Source: a virus (Duplodnaviria; Heunggongvirae; Uroviricota; Caudoviricetes). Taken from it: a stretch of 39,903 nt of DNA. Below are positions 36,849-39,903 of the stretch, in pieces; the first letter of the stretch is position 1; each line of letters begins with the position of its first letter. A program made the position numbers and the translations under genes. The notes below the pieces were generated by a model that was given only the letters and a program-made list of their open reading frames with translations, did no database searches and was not told the DNA's origin. The stretch lies in the IMG/VR virus record IMGVR_UViG_3300018486_000049, positions 1 to 39,903 of that record. One strand, written 5' to 3'.

Positions 36849-37277
36849 CGTTGGCCCCGCTTCTCTGAATCGCTTTATACCGCCATTCCAGCACTTCGGT
36901 CAGCGGCATAACGTCAGTAACGGATGGCGGCCAGTGAAAAATGGTGGCGATATCTGCCACCAGATCGTCAACCGTCAGGCTGTCGGTAAACCGGCAAGCA
37001 CCGACTTCTTCAACAAAAAAGTGACAACCTCAACCGACATGGCAGTGAGATCTGCCGGGTCCATCTCTGCAATTTCCTGTGCAGTCAGTGCCGGACTGGA
37101 GATGCGGGGGATCACGGTCATCATCGCGTTTACATCCATATCCATAATGGCCTGCAGGCGTGTACCGCGCAGCGCACCGGACTGCGGTTTACGCAGCACA
37201 ATTTCGGTGATTTCTGTTTTACCGCGCTTGATGGGGGTATCCAGTTGAATGGTCTTTTCAGTCTGCTTATCGCTCAT
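36841..37277 (-). CDS. E+E-prime -1 frameshift product, second copy
   Basis: Plus-strand CAAAAAA at 37014-37020; -1 frame open to a TGA at 36841-36843 overlapping the T start. Confidence 0.6.
36975..37277 (-). CDS. E: Tail assembly chaperone gpE, second copy
   Basis: 100 aa, ends just after a TTTTTTG slippery site. Confidence 0.8.
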   Translation of the reverse strand: MSDKQTEKTIQLDTPIKRGKTEITEIVLRKPQSGALRGTRLQAIMDMDVNAMMTVIPRISSPALTAQEIAEMDPADLTAMSVEVVTFLLKKSVLAGLPTA

Positions 37278-37331
37278 TTTGCTGTCCTGTCAATTGGGTT
37301 CTGGCGCGGTATCCCGCGCCGTTCAGATATA

Positions 37332-37847
37332 TCAGAGGCCGAGGGCGTTGCGGTGCGCTTCCATCAGGTCCACACCGTCCACAATTTCCACCATGTTGAT
37401 AAGGTCCACTTCATAGAGCACCTCACCATTGATGGTCAGCTTCGCGTAGCTGTTGGTACTGGTCACTTTGGTGGTGTTGCTTTCGCCCGTCTTCCACTCG
37501 CCGGAATCCACTTCTTTGTGACGTCCACGCACGACAAGCTCCACGGCCTGCACTTCCCCGGTATCGTCACGCTGAATAGAGCCGGTAAAGCGCAGCTGGA
37601 TGCCATCCACCGTGGCTTTACCCATCTGTTTAAACAGCAGCAATTCAGTACCACCAATGGAAAATTCTGTGTCCAGCGCACTGTCATCAAGCCCCAGATC
37701 CACATCCACCGCACCCGGCATTCCGCCGCCGCGATACTTCTCATATTTGCGGGTAAATTTCGGCAGCGTCAGCGACTCAACGATCCCCTGCCAGTTGTTC
37801 CCGTCGTTAAACAGGTTCAGGTGTTTTAATTTGCGTGGTAATGCCAT
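37332..37847 (-). CDS. FII: Tail tube protein FII, second copy
   Basis: 171 aa, homologous to 3819-4337. Confidence 0.9.
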   Translation of the reverse strand: MALPRKLKHLNLFNDGNNWQGIVESLTLPKFTRKYEKYRGGGMPGAVDVDLGLDDSALDTEFSIGGTELLLFKQMGKATVDGIQLRFTGSIQRDDTGEVQAVELVVRGRHKEVDSGEWKTGESNTTKVTSTNSYAKLTINGEVLYEVDLINMVEIVDGVDLMEAHRNALGL

Positions 37848-37856
37848 GTTGTCCCC

Positions 37857-39029
37857 TTACGCGCTGACCTGGCTGGCGAAATTCACCAGGTACTGATCGG
37901 TGATGCGCTGACGCAGCATCAGGTTTTCAAGTGGCGGCACTGGCGTGTAGTCGTAGTCGATGGTGAGTTTTCCGGCTTTCAGCGTGTCTTTGTCGTTCAC
38001 CGACTCATCCAGCCAGCAATCACCACCAATGAGATAGCCCTGACTGACCAGGCTGCGCATTTTGGCGCGGATACCTTCGATAATGTCGCGGGCCAGCGAC
38101 GGGTTAAGCGGTTTATCCACCGCCCACATGTGTGCTTCTGCCATCGTGTCCATCAGCACCTGCGCCGTGCGGGTGTAGTTTTCGAAGGCAAAGAGCGGGT
38201 CATCACTCAGGCAGCGGGAACCCCAGAAGCGGAAACCGTCTTTACGCACAAGCGTGGTGACGTCGTTCTGGTTCAGCAGACCTGCATCGGTTGCCGGGTC
38301 CTGCAGATCCCAGAACACATCTGCAGAAATTCCGGTGACACCGTTCACGCCCACGTTGGACAGGCTTTTGTGCCATCCGGTCTGCTCGTCAATTTTGGCG
38401 CGCAGACCAAGCGCACGGGCGGTGGCATATGCCGTTGCTTCGGCATTCAGCACCGTGTCCCAGCCAGTAAAGTCAGGCCAGATCAGCATCCCTTCGCGCT
38501 GGCTGAAGTTTTCGCGGTAAGTGATCGCCTCCTGCACTGTCTTGCAGCCATACGCTGACAGGTAAGCAAATCCACGCAGGCTTTGCGCCACGCTCAGCAA
38601 CTCAGTAGCTACCGCCTTGGTGTCGTGGCCTGGCACGCCGAGAATGCGCGGTTTAACGCCGAGCTGTGACTGGGCAGATAACAGGGCTTTCATACCTGTT
38701 TTTTTACCTTCAGCAGTCACTGCGCCGATGATATTGGTCGTGGTTTCGTCTTCCGTTTCACCCTGCGGCACACGCACAACAATGGTCACGGGTTTTGCCT
38801 GGTCAGCGATGGCATCCAGCGAACGGGCCAGAGTACCTGACTCACCCGCTTTACCGCTGGCAGTCAGCACATCAGTGATCAGCACGGGTTTATTAAGAGG
38901 AAACATTTTTGCATCGGCATCATCGCCCGTGCAGACCATACCCACGATGGCGGTGCTCACCGTGGTAATAGATCGGGTGCCTTCGTTGACTTCAACAACG
39001 CGCACCCCGTGGTGGTAATCCTGAGCCAT
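37857..39029 (-). CDS. FI: Tail sheath protein FI, second copy
   Basis: 390 aa, homologous to 4350-5537. Confidence 0.9.
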   Translation of the reverse strand: MAQDYHHGVRVVEVNEGTRSITTVSTAIVGMVCTGDDADAKMFPLNKPVLITDVLTASGKAGESGTLARSLDAIADQAKPVTIVVRVPQGETEDETTTNIIGAVTAEGKKTGMKALLSAQSQLGVKPRILGVPGHDTKAVATELLSVAQSLRGFAYLSAYGCKTVQEAITYRENFSQREGMLIWPDFTGWDTVLNAEATAYATARALGLRAKIDEQTGWHKSLSNVGVNGVTGISADVFWDLQDPATDAGLLNQNDVTTLVRKDGFRFWGSRCLSDDPLFAFENYTRTAQVLMDTMAEAHMWAVDKPLNPSLARDIIEGIRAKMRSLVSQGYLIGGDCWLDESVNDKDTLKAGKLTIDYDYTPVPPLENLMLRQRITDQYLVNFASQVSA

Positions 39030-39105
39030 AGTGGCGAACCTCCTGATTGGATTAGGCTTCGCCCTATGTTGAAGTGATTGTGCCTGACAAACAGCTAAGC
39101 GCAGT

Positions 39106-39123
39106 TGTGTCGTTATTCACACA
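39106..39123. promoter_or_regulatory. Candidate Ogr-type late activator site (TGT-N12-ACA) upstream of FI copy 2
   Basis: TGTGTCGTTATTCACACA, about 85 bp upstream of the FI start codon. Confidence 0.45.
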
Positions 39124-39171
39124 AAATAACGGTATTTGTCTGCTTGCAGGGATAATCAACATAATGCTGAT

Positions 39172-39738
39172 TCAGGGGGATTCATTGATCTTATTTGCCG
39201 GAAATTTTCTATAAATGGTAGAAACGCCTACATCAAAAATCAGTGCAATACGCTGTCTTGATTCTCCGGCCTCGAGTAAACGCCCAATCTGTGCCCACTG
39301 TTCGGTGGTCAACTTAGGACGGCGTCCACCTACTCTGCCTTTGGCACGAGCTGCAGCCAGCCCTGCCCTGGTACGTTCAACTATCAGTTCGCGTTCCATT
39401 TCAGCCAGGGCACCCATGACATGAAAAAAGAAACGGCCCATTGGGGTACTGGTATCAATACTGTCAGTCAGGCTTCTGAAATTCACACCACGCTGGCGCA
39501 ACTCTTCTATCAGCGTAACAAGATGCCGCATACTGCGCCCCAACCTGTCCAGCTTCCAGACAACCAGCGTGTCTCCTGCCGATAGTGTCCTGAGTAGTTT
39601 TTTCAGCCCCGGTCTGTCGGACTTAGTGCCACTGATTTTGTCCTCAAAAATCTGCTCACATCCCGCGCAGTTCAGTGCATTACGTTGCAAATCGGTGTTC
39701 TGGTCATTTGTTGACACGCGTACATAGCCAATAAGCAT
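39172..39738 (-). CDS. Serine recombinase, DNA invertase (Gin/Pin/Cin-like), second copy
   Basis: [22 protein letters not shown]... closely resembles Gin/Pin as recalled; catalytic Ser in RVS. Confidence 0.9.
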   Translation of the reverse strand: MLIGYVRVSTNDQNTDLQRNALNCAGCEQIFEDKISGTKSDRPGLKKLLRTLSAGDTLVVWKLDRLGRSMRHLVTLIEELRQRGVNFRSLTDSIDTSTPMGRFFFHVMGALAEMERELIVERTRAGLAAARAKGRVGGRRPKLTTEQWAQIGRLLEAGESRQRIALIFDVGVSTIYRKFPANKINESP

Positions 39739-39795
39739 GATCATCCCCCTGAATAAAAACCGGAGATGATGCCAGTTAGCTGTTACCTCTGCATT

Positions 39796-39819
39796 TTCTT
39801 AAACGTTGGTTTGGGAGAA
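39796..39819. repeat. gix-like crossover site of the second prophage
   Basis: TTCTTAAACGTTGGTTTGGGAGAA, near-identical to 6237-6260. Confidence 0.55.
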
Positions 39820-39903
39820 GCGGCTAAAATGAATGTAGGCACATTGGCGAATCATATACCTGATATTGGTATCTTCACGCTTTCTTTTTCAGGTACTGGA
39901 TAT
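39796..39903 (+). CDS. Start of alternative tail-fibre variable segment of the second prophage (partial, runs off the window)
   Basis: Frame reads [36 protein letters not shown], parallel to 6237-6360 in copy 1. Confidence 0.5.

Noticed and set aside
1-39903. tRNA, rRNA or CRISPR array
   Set aside because: No cloverleaf-like tRNA candidate adjacent to the att region and no regularly spaced repeat array were seen on visual scan; the only structured repeats are the gix sites, att-region repeats and terminator hairpins already listed.
32192-39903. Second tail module as a simple assembly duplicate of the first
   Set aside because: The protein sequences are diverged, not identical, and the tape measure differs by 216 aa.

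Overview
No database search was run; all calls rest on reading the ORF translations and the DNA by eye. The window is almost entirely P2/186-family temperate myovirus prophage DNA, nearly all coding on the minus strand. Nt 1-21 are an Illumina adapter remnant. Nt 22-31717 hold one nearly complete prophage, ordered D(partial)-U-T-E-FII-FI / invertase plus invertible tail-fibre segment / H-I-J-W-V-S-R / lysis cassette / X-L-M-N-O / P-Q / cos region / SOS-controlled Tum-like module / replication gene A / Dam / early genes / CII-like / Apl-Cox-like / CI-like repressor / two cargo genes / integrase. After an att-like junction (31718-31882) comes a second, clearly diverged copy of the tail module (ogr-D-U-T-E-FII-FI-invertase-start of invertible fibre segment, 31883-39903), which fits tandem prophages or a chimeric assembly. 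The best candidate for an undescribed system is an AT-rich two-gene cassette (28919-30575: a 349 aa soluble protein plus a 201 aa multi-pass membrane protein) inserted between the repressor and the integrase and translationally coupled to the repressor. Other points of interest are a repressor with a tandemly duplicated DNA-binding domain, a LexA-boxed Tum/DinI-like module apparently split by a frameshift in an A5 run, an acidic orphan protein beside the putative cos site, and conserved -1 frameshift sites in both E/E-prime copies. No tRNA, rRNA or CRISPR array was seen.
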